This document shows, piece after piece, positions 50,579 to 60,216 of a stretch of 64,000 nt of DNA. Source of the stretch: Salinispira sp. (GTDB lineage: Bacteria > Spirochaetota > Spirochaetia > DSM-27196 > Salinispiraceae). The position numbers and the translations under genes were made by a program. The notes below the pieces were generated by a model. That model was not told where the DNA came from, made no database searches, and worked only from the letters and a program-made list of their open reading frames with translations. The stretch's first letter is position 1. Every line of letters begins with the position of its first letter. The stretch spans positions 2,496,001 to 2,560,000 of the forward strand of contig OZ271918.1 of NCBI GenBank assembly GCA_965602015.1, given 5' to 3'.

Positions 50579-51975
50579 AGCGGCGCCTCCGGCGGAAGCA
50601 GGGAGGGAAACTCGTAATACAGCACCCCTTCTTCGCTGAAATTCTGTTGTACCCAGTTCCTGCCCGAAAGCCGGTCCAGTTCCTTCTGGGCCTCATCCAT
50701 CGAAAAGCCCGTGCAATGGGCGAGCTGGACCACCGTGAGCCGGCCGCCGTTTTCCCTGGCGCACTCAAGGGTTTTCTTTTCGATTTCTTCAAGGCGTTTT
50801 TTCCGTCGGCGGCTTTGCTTGGCGAAGGCCTTTATCAATTCGCCGCTGCCGATCAACAGGGGCAGGACGCCCATGGCAAAAAAGAGGAACCAGAACCAGC
50901 CCGAGCCGTTCAAAACAATGCCGATCTGAAACCCGATTGTGGAAATCAGCCCAAAAAGCACCGTTGGCAGCTTGTCGACGGGGCTGGCGTCGTCGGCGGT
51001 GGACGAGCCGTCACCGGCGATGTGAATCGGGGAGCCTCCCAGATTTATCGAGACGGACTTGTCGTCGCCGGATTTTTTAATGGATAGGGTCCCGTCGGCC
51101 AGCCGGTCCTGAACCTGGCCCGACAGCGAACTGCGGATTTTCCCTTTAATTTTCCTGGCCAGCGGACTGTCGTCGGGATCCTCTTCCAGATCCACATACC
51201 AGTCCTCCTTTCGGATTTCGTCAAGAACCTCGGTTTTTACTTCCTTTGGAGTATTATCCCAGGCGCCAAGGGCGACTTCGATGGTTTTTTCAACAAAATT
51301 CCCGATGCGCTCTTCCAGCCGGCTGCCGAAATCGTCTCCGTCATCGGCCTCCGAAGTTCCGGCGTCGTAGGTTGTTGCCGGCTTTTCCGCCGGAACGGCG
51401 TCCCGGGGCGATGGGGCGGCGGGAGCTGAGGAATCTGAAACACGGTCGCCCTGAGCCAGCTCGCGACCGGTAATGAGGTGGAAAATTCTCATTTCCCTGC
51501 TGATGTTTTTCAGACTGGGGCTGGGAATCTCCTCGACGCGGATTACTTCCTTGTTTTTCACCTGATAATACACATCCTCGGAAATGCAGATTCCCCCGGG
51601 GCGCGCCAGGTTTTGAATTCGCGATGCGATGTTCACCCCGTTGCCGTATATCCGGTCGCCCTCCACCCAAATGTCGCCCATATGGATGCCGATCCGCAGA
51701 TAAAAACTGTTGTCTTCCGCCTTCTCATTGCGGGCCGCAACGGCATTCTGAATGTTCAAGCCGCAGCTCACCGCCGACAGCACTGAATCAAAGGTGACCA
51801 AAAGACCATCGCCGATGGAATCGATAACCGTGCCGGTGAAGTTGGCTATCAGAGGCAGGATGATCTGGTTGTGCTCGTCCAGCAGATCGATGGTACCCTT
51901 CTCGTCCCGCTCCATTTTCTCGGAGAATCCGGCAATATCGGTGAACATCACCGCGGCCAGTCTGGTTTCCTTCAT
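50575..51975 (-). CDS. Class III nucleotidyl cyclase domain protein with C-terminal 2 TM
   Basis: MFTDIAGFS, IGDG, LRIGIHMGD, GNGVNIASRI, LKNI. Confidence 0.88.
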   Translation of the reverse strand: MKETRLAAVMFTDIAGFSEKMERDEKGTIDLLDEHNQIILPLIANFTGTVIDSIGDGLLVTFDSVLSAVSCGLNIQNAVAARNEKAEDNSFYLRIGIHMGDIWVEGDRIYGNGVNIASRIQNLARPGGICISEDVYYQVKNKEVIRVEEIPSPSLKNISREMRIFHLITGRELAQGDRVSDSSAPAAPSPRDAVPAEKPATTYDAGTSEADDGDDFGSRLEERIGNFVEKTIEVALGAWDNTPKEVKTEVLDEIRKEDWYVDLEEDPDDSPLARKIKGKIRSSLSGQVQDRLADGTLSIKKSGDDKSVSINLGGSPIHIAGDGSSTADDASPVDKLPTVLFGLISTIGFQIGIVLNGSGWFWFLFFAMGVLPLLIGSGELIKAFAKQSRRRKKRLEEIEKKTLECARENGGRLTVVQLAHCTGFSMDEAQKELDRLSGRNWVQQNFSEEGVLYYEFPSLLPPEAPL

Positions 51976-53498
51976 TCCCCGCCTCCCGGGCCGTGGTAGA
52001 ACTCCTTCATATCAGCGAAAAACTGAGCCCGGCTTTCATCCCAGGTGTAAAACATATGGCCGCCGCTGTAGTGTTTGACCGTCATGCGCGTGCGCTGCTG
52101 GTCGCTCAGCTTCATAAGATTGCTGATCCGCTCTGCGGAGAAGTAGGGAGTAACCAGATCGAATATACCGTGGGTAATAAACACCTTCATATGGGGGTTA
52201 AGGCTTATGCCGAACCTCAGGTCGTCGGTGGCGCCGACCTGGCTCTGGAGAGCATGGCTTCGGGTATCGATCTTCCAGCTTTTATTCACCGTCATGCTGA
52301 GGAGATTGTATTGACGCTCGCTTTCAAGACCGATGTTCCGTCGGAGCTGGGTGTTGATGCCCGAGGCGAATATCCGCTCGACAACATGAAGCGTCGGGTC
52401 CGGCCCGCTGTAGCCGTCCCGGTCAGGATAAGGATCTTCGACGGTGAGCGACGCATCGTACAAACCCAAATGCCGTCCCTGCTCCCGCAGGAGGTTTTTT
52501 ACGAAATAGCTGATGGGGATGCGCCCGTTGCGGTTTTTCAGGGTATCACGGGGAAGACCGATAAAATCCGCCGCCCTCGCCAGTACCCGGTTTTTCGCAT
52601 CCCGGCCGTACATGTCCCCGGAGGCCAGCACCGGAAGCAGCTCTTTAATGGCGAAATCGCCGGCCCGCCGCATGTAATTCCGGAGCCCCTCGCCTTCCCG
52701 GGCCTTTCTCGCCTTCTTGTGGACACAGGCGGCCCCGGCCATGGTCGGGAAGGTGTCCAGCCACATCAGGACGTCGTAATCCGAACCGTCGAGCAGGGTG
52801 AACTCGAGAGCCGGGGAAATAATCACCGCCCCGCTGAGTCCCACCCCGAAATCTTCCTGCAGCATTTTGGTGAGCTTGGCGGTCCGGAATCCCCCGTAGC
52901 TTTCGCCGGCGATGTACACCGGACTTTCCCAGCGGTGGTGACGGGACAAATAGGCGGAGATAAACTCCCCCAGAGATTCCAGATCCCGTTTTAACTGCCA
53001 GTACTCGGAACTCTCGGGTTTTTCATCCGTCTGCCCGGAGTCGGCTTTTTTCTCCCCGTCCTGATCGATCATACGGCTGAAACCGGTGCCGATGGGATCG
53101 ATAAACACCAGGTCGGTGAACGCCAGCCAGCTGTGTTCATTGTCCTTCAGGCGGGCTGGCATCTCAACCGGCTCGCCGTGAGGACCGAATACCGCTCTGC
53201 GGGGTCCCATGGCGCCGAGATGGAGGTATACCGATGAGGCGCCGGGTCCGCCGTTGAACACGAAGGTCAGCGGCCGGTCATCGGCTCCGGTGGCGGTATA
53301 GCTGACGTGGAACATTTCGGCCTTCGGTTTTTCCCGTTTTCGAAGGAGGAGCCAGTCAGCCGATGCGCGGTATGTCATTGTGTGGCCGTCGACGGTGAGA
53401 GAATGCTCTCTTGAGGCTCCGCCTGGGGGTTGGTAATCGCTGCCCGGTGCTTTCTCTGATTTTGCTTCCTGTGTCTTGTGGTTTTCGGCGTCTGCCAT
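51972..53498 (-). CDS. S10 family serine carboxypeptidase
   Basis: FNGGPGASS, DLVFIDPIGTGFS, GESYGG, GGHMFY. Confidence 0.92.
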   Translation of the reverse strand: MADAENHKTQEAKSEKAPGSDYQPPGGASREHSLTVDGHTMTYRASADWLLLRKREKPKAEMFHVSYTATGADDRPLTFVFNGGPGASSVYLHLGAMGPRRAVFGPHGEPVEMPARLKDNEHSWLAFTDLVFIDPIGTGFSRMIDQDGEKKADSGQTDEKPESSEYWQLKRDLESLGEFISAYLSRHHRWESPVYIAGESYGGFRTAKLTKMLQEDFGVGLSGAVIISPALEFTLLDGSDYDVLMWLDTFPTMAGAACVHKKARKAREGEGLRNYMRRAGDFAIKELLPVLASGDMYGRDAKNRVLARAADFIGLPRDTLKNRNGRIPISYFVKNLLREQGRHLGLYDASLTVEDPYPDRDGYSGPDPTLHVVERIFASGINTQLRRNIGLESERQYNLLSMTVNKSWKIDTRSHALQSQVGATDDLRFGISLNPHMKVFITHGIFDLVTPYFSAERISNLMKLSDQQRTRMTVKHYSGGHMFYTWDESRAQFFADMKEFYHGPGGGE

Positions 53499-53528
53499 GG
53501 AATGCTCCTGATGTAGAAGGGGGCGGAA

Positions 53529-54014
53529 TCAGGAACGCTGGGGCCTCCAGATATCCTCGTCGGCCCGGGTGAACTTGCGCTCCATAAGTTCCACTAAATT
53601 ATCCCGGGCTGGCCCCGGTGCGTTAACCAGTATATTACCACGGCTGTCTAAAAGAAAGGTGCGGGACTGCACCTGACTGGGAGTCTTGGTTGCCCGGAGA
53701 AATGCGGCCACATCGGTGAAGATGGGATAGGTCCGGGACTTTCGCGCGGGATCGGCGATGTACCAATTGAGGCTGAGGTGAATGGATGCCCGGGAGGCAA
53801 AATCAAAGGCGGGAAGCACCGGGACTTCATAGTATGAGAAAGACGGCAGTTCGGCCTCCCAGCGCTGCACTACGGGCAGCCAACTGTCGATGATTTGCTG
53901 ATGCTCCATGAGAAAGCCCGTGAGTACTACGTTCCAATGACCCGAAAAATCCGCGGGGAAGACCGCCTTCTCGCTGTGTAAATTCTGTCCGATCAACTCA
54001 GGAAATCGCTGCAT
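53529..54014 (-). CDS. Hypothetical protein (thioredoxin-like/ATP10-like fold suspected)
   Basis: FPELIG.NL...P.DF...Q..IDSW...YEVP pattern. The fold call is an inference. Confidence 0.55.
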   Translation of the reverse strand: MQRFPELIGQNLHSEKAVFPADFSGHWNVVLTGFLMEHQQIIDSWLPVVQRWEAELPSFSYYEVPVLPAFDFASRASIHLSLNWYIADPARKSRTYPIFTDVAAFLRATKTPSQVQSRTFLLDSRGNILVNAPGPARDNLVELMERKFTRADEDIWRPQRS

Positions 54015-54054
54015 GACTAAAAACTACCCACCCTCCGGTTGAAAATCAAGCAAC

Positions 54055-55107
54055 TCATGCCTTTCCCTCAGTGGGTTCAATGTCTTTTTTAGAAAAAGGA
54101 TAATGCCGGCCTCCGCCGTCCCCCACCAGGGCATCGGCCTTCGCAAGACTCCGGACGATGCGCTCCACATGAATGTGGCTCGTTCCCACGAAAATACCGT
54201 ATGAATCCCGGGCTCCCCCGGCTGCTGTTCCGGCAAGATAAGCACCGGGAGCCGAGGTCTCCATGGTCTCCTCGCTGTAGTCCGGACTTCCGTCGGCATC
54301 CAGCTCAATGCCGAGCTGCTCGAACATGGATGTGTCCTTGGCGAACCCCAGGCACAGCATGACGAAATCGGTTTTAATCGTTGCCGGCGCTCCGTCCCGA
54401 AGAAAACTCACCTCATCGGTCCGAATTTCCTTCAGTCGGGACGACGGCAGGAACGCGATCTTACCCTTGTCGATGAGTATGGAGATTTCCAGATGATAAC
54501 GGCTGTTGAGCCGGTTTTTATCAAGGGAAGCCCCCCGGTGCATGAGGGTCACCCGGGCTCCGGCCCGCCAGCAGCGAATGGCGGCTTCCACCGCGGAATT
54601 CCGTCCGCCGACGATAAGCAGGTCTTTCCGGAAATAGCGGTGCACATTCCGGTAATGCAGGTCTACGTGTTCCCCCTCTTCGCCGGGTACCCCGGGGAGC
54701 CGGTGGGCATGCATGTTTCCGTGAGCGAGTACAATATTTTCAACCCGGTGTAGGCTTGCGGTCCCCCGAAAGTCGCTGCGGATTTCAAAGCCCCCGGGAA
54801 TTTTTGCTATCCCGGTTACCCGTCGATAGGTCATGATGTCCAGGTCATAGTACTCAACCACAGCCCGCAGGTAGGCCAGGTACTCTTCACCGGTAAGCAT
54901 GTTTTGATGGACCGTCTGCACCGGTATGCCCGCAATGGCAACCCGCTCGGGACTGGAAAAGAACGGTGTTTCCGCCGGCCAGTTGTGGATGGTTTGGCCC
55001 ACCTGTCCCGAGTCAAAATGGAGGTAGCTCAGGCCCAGCCGCTTGAAGTTGGCGGCGATTTCAATTCCGATGGGTCCGGCTCCGATGATTGCTGTGTTGG
55101 CGTCCAT
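54055..55107 (-). CDS. FAD-dependent pyridine nucleotide-disulfide oxidoreductase, YpdA-like
   Basis: IIGAGPIG, FFSSPER, EEYLAYLR, IVGGRNSAVEAA, ETMETS.PG.YLAG. GAGG precedes ATG 55107. Confidence 0.82.
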   Translation of the reverse strand: MDANTAIIGAGPIGIEIAANFKRLGLSYLHFDSGQVGQTIHNWPAETPFFSSPERVAIAGIPVQTVHQNMLTGEEYLAYLRAVVEYYDLDIMTYRRVTGIAKIPGGFEIRSDFRGTASLHRVENIVLAHGNMHAHRLPGVPGEEGEHVDLHYRNVHRYFRKDLLIVGGRNSAVEAAIRCWRAGARVTLMHRGASLDKNRLNSRYHLEISILIDKGKIAFLPSSRLKEIRTDEVSFLRDGAPATIKTDFVMLCLGFAKDTSMFEQLGIELDADGSPDYSEETMETSAPGAYLAGTAAGGARDSYGIFVGTSHIHVERIVRSLAKADALVGDGGGRHYPFSKKDIEPTEGKA

Positions 55108-55237
55108 ATTGTTGTCCTCTGTTTTTCCGTTACTCGGTTTCATTTGGGCGGGATAAGAAGGAAAAGCCGATGCAAACTCCCCTCCCGGGCCCCGATGCAT
55201 TAAGATAATAGGCGAGGAGTACCGTGAAAACCGCATC

Positions 55238-56290
55238 ATGAGAATATCCGAGGCAGAGCTGGTCACAATTGAGAAAAAAAAGCCCTCATACCCCATCGGA
55301 GCCCGCCTGGGAGAATATCTGAACGAGTACGGCAGGCTCTTTTCCCAACCCCTATACTATGAGGAGCTCAGGGATTTCAGCGAGCAGATCCCCCTCTACG
55401 ATGCCGAAGGCATAGACAGCTACTGGCAGACTGTGCTGTACGGCCCGGCGGAACGGAGCGTTCTCGAAGACCGTTTGCGGCAGGTGTATGCCGAATTAAA
55501 AATGGAGGGCAACCGCTCCTTTCTCAAGCATCTCTACATAGACCGCATTGATTACTGCGAGTTCGGCAATTCCCAGCCGTTCAGAATCAGAGTGATGAAC
55601 CGCTACAATGACAACCACGATTACTACTATGTGAAAAAAGCCGATTCAAGCCGGATTTACGGACTCGAGCTTGAACACATACTCTCCCCGAACAGGATCA
55701 ATATCCTGGTCTACGGCGACACCCTCGTCGAAGAGCATATCGCCGGCATACCGGGGGATTATTTTATCAAGCGGCAATTGGCCGAAGACCGGAACATCAA
55801 TAAAATCAGGGTTTCAAAGGAGTTCGTGAAATTTTCCGAGCGCTGTTTTGTCAAGCTCCTGGGGGATATGCGCAGCTACAACTACGTGCTGGTCCTCACA
55901 CAGGATTTTGACGCCCAGCAGTATCGGGTGCGGGCCATCGATTTCGACCGCCAGTGTCACGAGGGTAACCTAAAAGTCTACATGCCCCAGTTCTACCGGG
56001 AAAACCAGCCGGTGGTTGAGATGGTCTGGGATTCCCTTCCGGCGGAAACCATTCGGCAGTACCAGTCGGAGGAACGGTCTCTTATGAGGCGCCGGGCCCA
56101 ATCCGCCCGTTTGCGGCTGGAAGATCTGTTCGCCGCCATGTCACAGGACCCGATAGCGCCCCAGGAAAACGTCGATGAACTGGGGATGCAGCTTGGGGAG
56201 TATCACCGGGATCGGGCCTTCGCCCGCTGCGCGTCTATGGGAGATCTGACAAGAATGCATTTGTTTGAAATGCTGGAAAAACGGGATTAA
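55238..56290 (+). CDS. Conserved hypothetical protein, candidate atypical kinase fold
   Basis: YYVKK, LLGDMRSYNY and RAIDFD motifs. Ends 2 bp before the histidine kinase start. Confidence 0.65.
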   Translation: MRISEAELVTIEKKKPSYPIGARLGEYLNEYGRLFSQPLYYEELRDFSEQIPLYDAEGIDSYWQTVLYGPAERSVLEDRLRQVYAELKMEGNRSFLKHLYIDRIDYCEFGNSQPFRIRVMNRYNDNHDYYYVKKADSSRIYGLELEHILSPNRINILVYGDTLVEEHIAGIPGDYFIKRQLAEDRNINKIRVSKEFVKFSERCFVKLLGDMRSYNYVLVLTQDFDAQQYRVRAIDFDRQCHEGNLKVYMPQFYRENQPVVEMVWDSLPAETIRQYQSEERSLMRRRAQSARLRLEDLFAAMSQDPIAPQENVDELGMQLGEYHRDRAFARCASMGDLTRMHLFEMLEKRD

Positions 56291-56292
56291 GC

Positions 56293-59262
56293 ATGGAAAC
56301 CCTGTTTCTCGCCCTGAGCATGGTTTTGACCTTCGCCCTGCTGATACTTGTTCTCAGGCGACGGGCGGAGCGTCGGCAGACCGGAGGCGCTCCCGGTCAG
56401 CCCATGATAACTGATGATTCCCCGGAAAACCGTCTGTACCGCAACAGTATTTCCCTTGAGATCCTCGGCATAGCTGATAGAGCTGATAGCAGGCTCAGCC
56501 CGTCAGAGCGGAACCGGAAAATCGTATCCTCCATGATGGCTGCTGTGCAGGAAATGCTTGCATGCGCCTATGTGTATGTGCGCATCGGTTCTCCGGGCAA
56601 TGCTGATGAAAGCCTTTCGGGCGCCTGGGAGTACCGTTCCGGTTCATTGGAAGCCGCTGGGGATTCTCCGTCTCCCGAGGAACTCTACCGCCGCCTCATC
56701 GGACGGAACTTTCCCCGTTCAACAGGCTGGCAGCTTGTTGCCCCGCAGGCCCTGACCGCGTCGGCCCTGCCCCGATTAACTCAGTGGCCGGGCGAGGAGA
56801 GCCCCCGGTTCGCACTTATCCGCACCAGCGAAGGGGACTGCCGGGCCGTGCTGCTGGCGGCGAACCGTCAGCAGGACCTCGTTCCGGAAGCCGTAGCCGA
56901 CGCAACCCTGGCGTTCGCCGGATTCATCGGGCGGCTCGAGCGGTGGAGGATACTGCACATAGCCAACCAGCGGGACCGGCAGATCCGACTGCTTTTTGAT
57001 CAGACCGTTACCGGGGCTGCGCTGCTATCCGCCAATGGAACCATACGGCGGGTCAATCAGCGATTTGCTGAAATACTCGGCGAACCTGCGTCCGCATTGG
57101 AAGGCAGGCTGATTCAGGAATACTTTGACCATGAGGGAAAAGAGCAACTGGAAGCCGCCCTGACGAGCCCTTCCCTTCCCCTGTCGTTTGAAACTTCAGT
57201 CACTGCTGCAGACCGCTCGAGCTGCTACCTGATGATTCACGTCAGCGCCGAGGCGGAACCCATGGATGCGGACCGCGAGCTGATGATGCTGGCGGAAAAT
57301 ATCAGCGAACGGAAGTCCATGGAACGCTCCCAGAAAGAAATGAGCGACCTGCTGGAGTTAAAGGTCCTGGTGCGAACCGAAGAGCTCGAAATCGCCATGG
57401 AAAAACTCCAGGAGCGGGAGATCGCCCTTCGGGAAAGCGAGCAGCGCTTTAAAAATGTCGTCGGCGCCATGAATGACATGATATTCACCACCGACTCCCG
57501 GCACTACATTACCGGAGTATTCGGCAGCTGGTACGAACAACTCTGCGCCCACAGCGATACGGACATAATCGGCGAAAGCATTGCCGCTCTGTTCTCCCTC
57601 CCGGACGATCTCATCGAACGAAGCTTCATGAACACCGAAGGCCGGGAACGCGGTATAGTTGAATGGGAAATTTCCGACAGGACCGGAGTACGGCGGACCT
57701 ACCTTATTGCCATCAGCAAACTACACGATCAGAAAGAGCTGATCATCGGGTACTTGGTGGTGGGCAGGGAGATTACCCGGCGGATCAGCGCAGAGCGGGA
57801 GCTGGCCGCCGCAAAGAATGAAGCTGAGAGGGCGAACCAGGCAAAATCTGAATTCCTGGCAAACATGAGCCACGAGATCCGCACGCCAATGAACGCGGTA
57901 TTGGGCTACACTCAAATCCTCCAGGGGATGATAACAGACACAAAACAGCTGAACTATATCGGCATCATTGAGCGTGCGGGCAAGAGCTTGCTGCAGCTCA
58001 TCGACGACGTTCTGGACCTGTCGAAAATTGAAGCGGGCAAAATGCAGGTGGCTCCCGCCCGTTTGTCCCTCAGAAGGCTTATCAGCGACATTGAAAATAT
58101 TTTCCGGGTTCGGGTGGAGGAAAAAAACCTCTACCTGGTTGCGACCATAGACGACGACCTTCCGGAAACCCTGGTGACCGATGAAACCCGGCTCAGACAG
58201 ATCATGGTCAATCTGGTGGGAAACGCAGTGAAATTCACCGATACCGGGGGGATCAGCATCACCGTTTCGTCAAGTCAATTGGATGAGCAGCATCTCCGCC
58301 TCTCAATTTCGGTTAAGGACACGGGCATCGGCATTGCTGAAGACCAGAAAGATCTTATCTTCGAATCCTTCAGTCAGCATGAAGGCCAAAGTTCGAGAAA
58401 GTACGGGGGCACCGGCCTGGGACTGGCGATTAGCCGCAAACTGAGCGGCCTATTGGGTGGCGAGCTCACGCTGAACAGCATCAAGGGAGAGGGCAGCACC
58501 TTCACGCTCACTCTGGATGCGGTAAAATTTCATCGGGAAGATGACTCTCAGCAGATGCCGGCGGGAACCGAGACGGCGGTTAAATTCAACGGAGAAGTTA
58601 TTCTGGCGGTGGATGATGTTCAGACCAATCTGCTGCTGCTTGAGCACATTCTGTCCGATGCTGGCGCCCGGGTAATCACTGCAGACAGCGGCGAGTCGGC
58701 CATTGAAGCCGCGGAGAGCCAGGAGGTCGATCTCATAATTATGGATATACGAATGCCCGGAATGGACGGCCGCACGACGGCATCCAGAATCCGGGAAATA
58801 CCCCGCTACCGCCATGTGCCCATAATCGCGCTGACGGCTTCGGTGAGCATTGCCCGGGAAAAAGTGAAACAGCGGCAGTTCGACGGGTGGGCTTACAAAC
58901 CGTTCAGAGCGGCGGATCTCTTAAAAACCATCCATGGTTTCCTGAATAATAAAAGCGACGAGCCCGCTCCCATCAGTCTGCATACCAGGCTATGGGAGGA
59001 GTTCCGTCAGATGCCCGCGGATACCCGGGAGCGCTTATTGCCCCAAGTCCGCAGCGAGCTGGTCGATCCGGCAATCAGACTCGGCTCGTCCATGACCCTC
59101 ACGGAGGCCCGAAGGTTTCAGGCGGAAATTGAAGAGTTCAGCAAGCGGATTGAATGGGCATCCCTGCGCCAGCTCAGCGAAGAACTTGCACTGGCGGTTA
59201 AAACGTATAGAATTGATATTGTGCGGGAGAAACTGAGCAGTCTGATTGGGGGCATTGAATGA
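56293..59262 (+). CDS. Hybrid sensor histidine kinase (PAS, HisKA, HATPase, REC)
   Basis: FLANMSHEIRTPMNA, NLVGNAVKFT, DTGIG, GTGLGL, MDIRMPGMDG. Confidence 0.95.
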   Translation: METLFLALSMVLTFALLILVLRRRAERRQTGGAPGQPMITDDSPENRLYRNSISLEILGIADRADSRLSPSERNRKIVSSMMAAVQEMLACAYVYVRIGSPGNADESLSGAWEYRSGSLEAAGDSPSPEELYRRLIGRNFPRSTGWQLVAPQALTASALPRLTQWPGEESPRFALIRTSEGDCRAVLLAANRQQDLVPEAVADATLAFAGFIGRLERWRILHIANQRDRQIRLLFDQTVTGAALLSANGTIRRVNQRFAEILGEPASALEGRLIQEYFDHEGKEQLEAALTSPSLPLSFETSVTAADRSSCYLMIHVSAEAEPMDADRELMMLAENISERKSMERSQKEMSDLLELKVLVRTEELEIAMEKLQEREIALRESEQRFKNVVGAMNDMIFTTDSRHYITGVFGSWYEQLCAHSDTDIIGESIAALFSLPDDLIERSFMNTEGRERGIVEWEISDRTGVRRTYLIAISKLHDQKELIIGYLVVGREITRRISAERELAAAKNEAERANQAKSEFLANMSHEIRTPMNAVLGYTQILQGMITDTKQLNYIGIIERAGKSLLQLIDDVLDLSKIEAGKMQVAPARLSLRRLISDIENIFRVRVEEKNLYLVATIDDDLPETLVTDETRLRQIMVNLVGNAVKFTDTGGISITVSSSQLDEQHLRLSISVKDTGIGIAEDQKDLIFESFSQHEGQSSRKYGGTGLGLAISRKLSGLLGGELTLNSIKGEGSTFTLTLDAVKFHREDDSQQMPAGTETAVKFNGEVILAVDDVQTNLLLLEHILSDAGARVITADSGESAIEAAESQEVDLIIMDIRMPGMDGRTTASRIREIPRYRHVPIIALTASVSIAREKVKQRQFDGWAYKPFRAADLLKTIHGFLNNKSDEPAPISLHTRLWEEFRQMPADTRERLLPQVRSELVDPAIRLGSSMTLTEARRFQAEIEEFSKRIEWASLRQLSEELALAVKTYRIDIVREKLSSLIGGIE

Positions 59263-60215
59263 GCGAAGAGAAAGATCTTGTCCTTATTGTGGACGACAAC
59301 CCGCAGAACCTGCAGTTTCTCGCGGAGATTCTCGACAACAAGGGTTACGAACCGGCGGTGGCCCTTAACGGCCGGGAAGCCTTGGAATTTATCAGGGAGC
59401 GGGAGGCCATCGACGCCGTCCTCCTGGACGTCATGATGCCGGAAATGGACGGGTACGCCACCTGCCGGGAGATCCGAAAAATGCGTTCCAAGGACGAACT
59501 CCCGGTAATCTTCCTCACTGCCCTGAGCGACCGCAAGGATATTTACCGGGGCTTCGAATCCGGCGGAGTGGACTACATAACCAAGCCCTTCGACAGCGAA
59601 GAGCTGCTTCACCGTTTGGCAATACACATACAACTGTCCCATGCGACCCTCGAGCTAAAAAAAACCAATTCGGAGCTCGAAGAAAAAAACCGGCAGCTGC
59701 AGCGGCTGCAGCAGAACCTCGAGCTCCAGGCTTCAACCGATCCGCTGACCGAAACCCTGAACCGGCGATCCATGCGGGTCAAAATAGACGAAGAAATCAG
59801 CAGATCCGCCCGCTATCAGCAGCATTTTTCCCTCATTTTTCTGGACATTGATCACTTTAAAGGCATAAACGACAAATACGGGCACGACAAGGGCGACCTC
59901 GCCCTGGTGCAGGTTGCGGAAATCCTAAGGAGCGGAATTCGGGGGGGAGATGCGGTCAGCCGTTGGGGCGGCGAGGAATTCCTGGTGCTCCTGTTAAACA
60001 GCGACCTGGACGGCGCGAAGCAGTTCGGCGAACGGCTTATGGATGATCTGAGAAATCACCCCTGGAGCGAAATAAGCGAAGGGTACCAGCTCACCGTAAC
60101 CGCCGGAGTCGTGGCGCACAAGGAAGGCGAAAGTTTCGAATCGCTGATAAAAAGGGCAGACACCGCGATGTACCGGGGCAAGGAAGAAGGGCGAAACCGG
60201 CTGATTGCCGGTTGA
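59259..60215 (+). CDS. Response regulator diguanylate cyclase (REC-GGDEF)
   Basis: VDDN...LDVMMP...KP, DIDHFK..ND.YGH..GD, RGGD I-site, GGEEF. Confidence 0.95.
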   Translation: MSEEKDLVLIVDDNPQNLQFLAEILDNKGYEPAVALNGREALEFIREREAIDAVLLDVMMPEMDGYATCREIRKMRSKDELPVIFLTALSDRKDIYRGFESGGVDYITKPFDSEELLHRLAIHIQLSHATLELKKTNSELEEKNRQLQRLQQNLELQASTDPLTETLNRRSMRVKIDEEISRSARYQQHFSLIFLDIDHFKGINDKYGHDKGDLALVQVAEILRSGIRGGDAVSRWGGEEFLVLLLNSDLDGAKQFGERLMDDLRNHPWSEISEGYQLTVTAGVVAHKEGESFESLIKRADTAMYRGKEEGRNRLIAG

Positions 60216-60216
60216 A

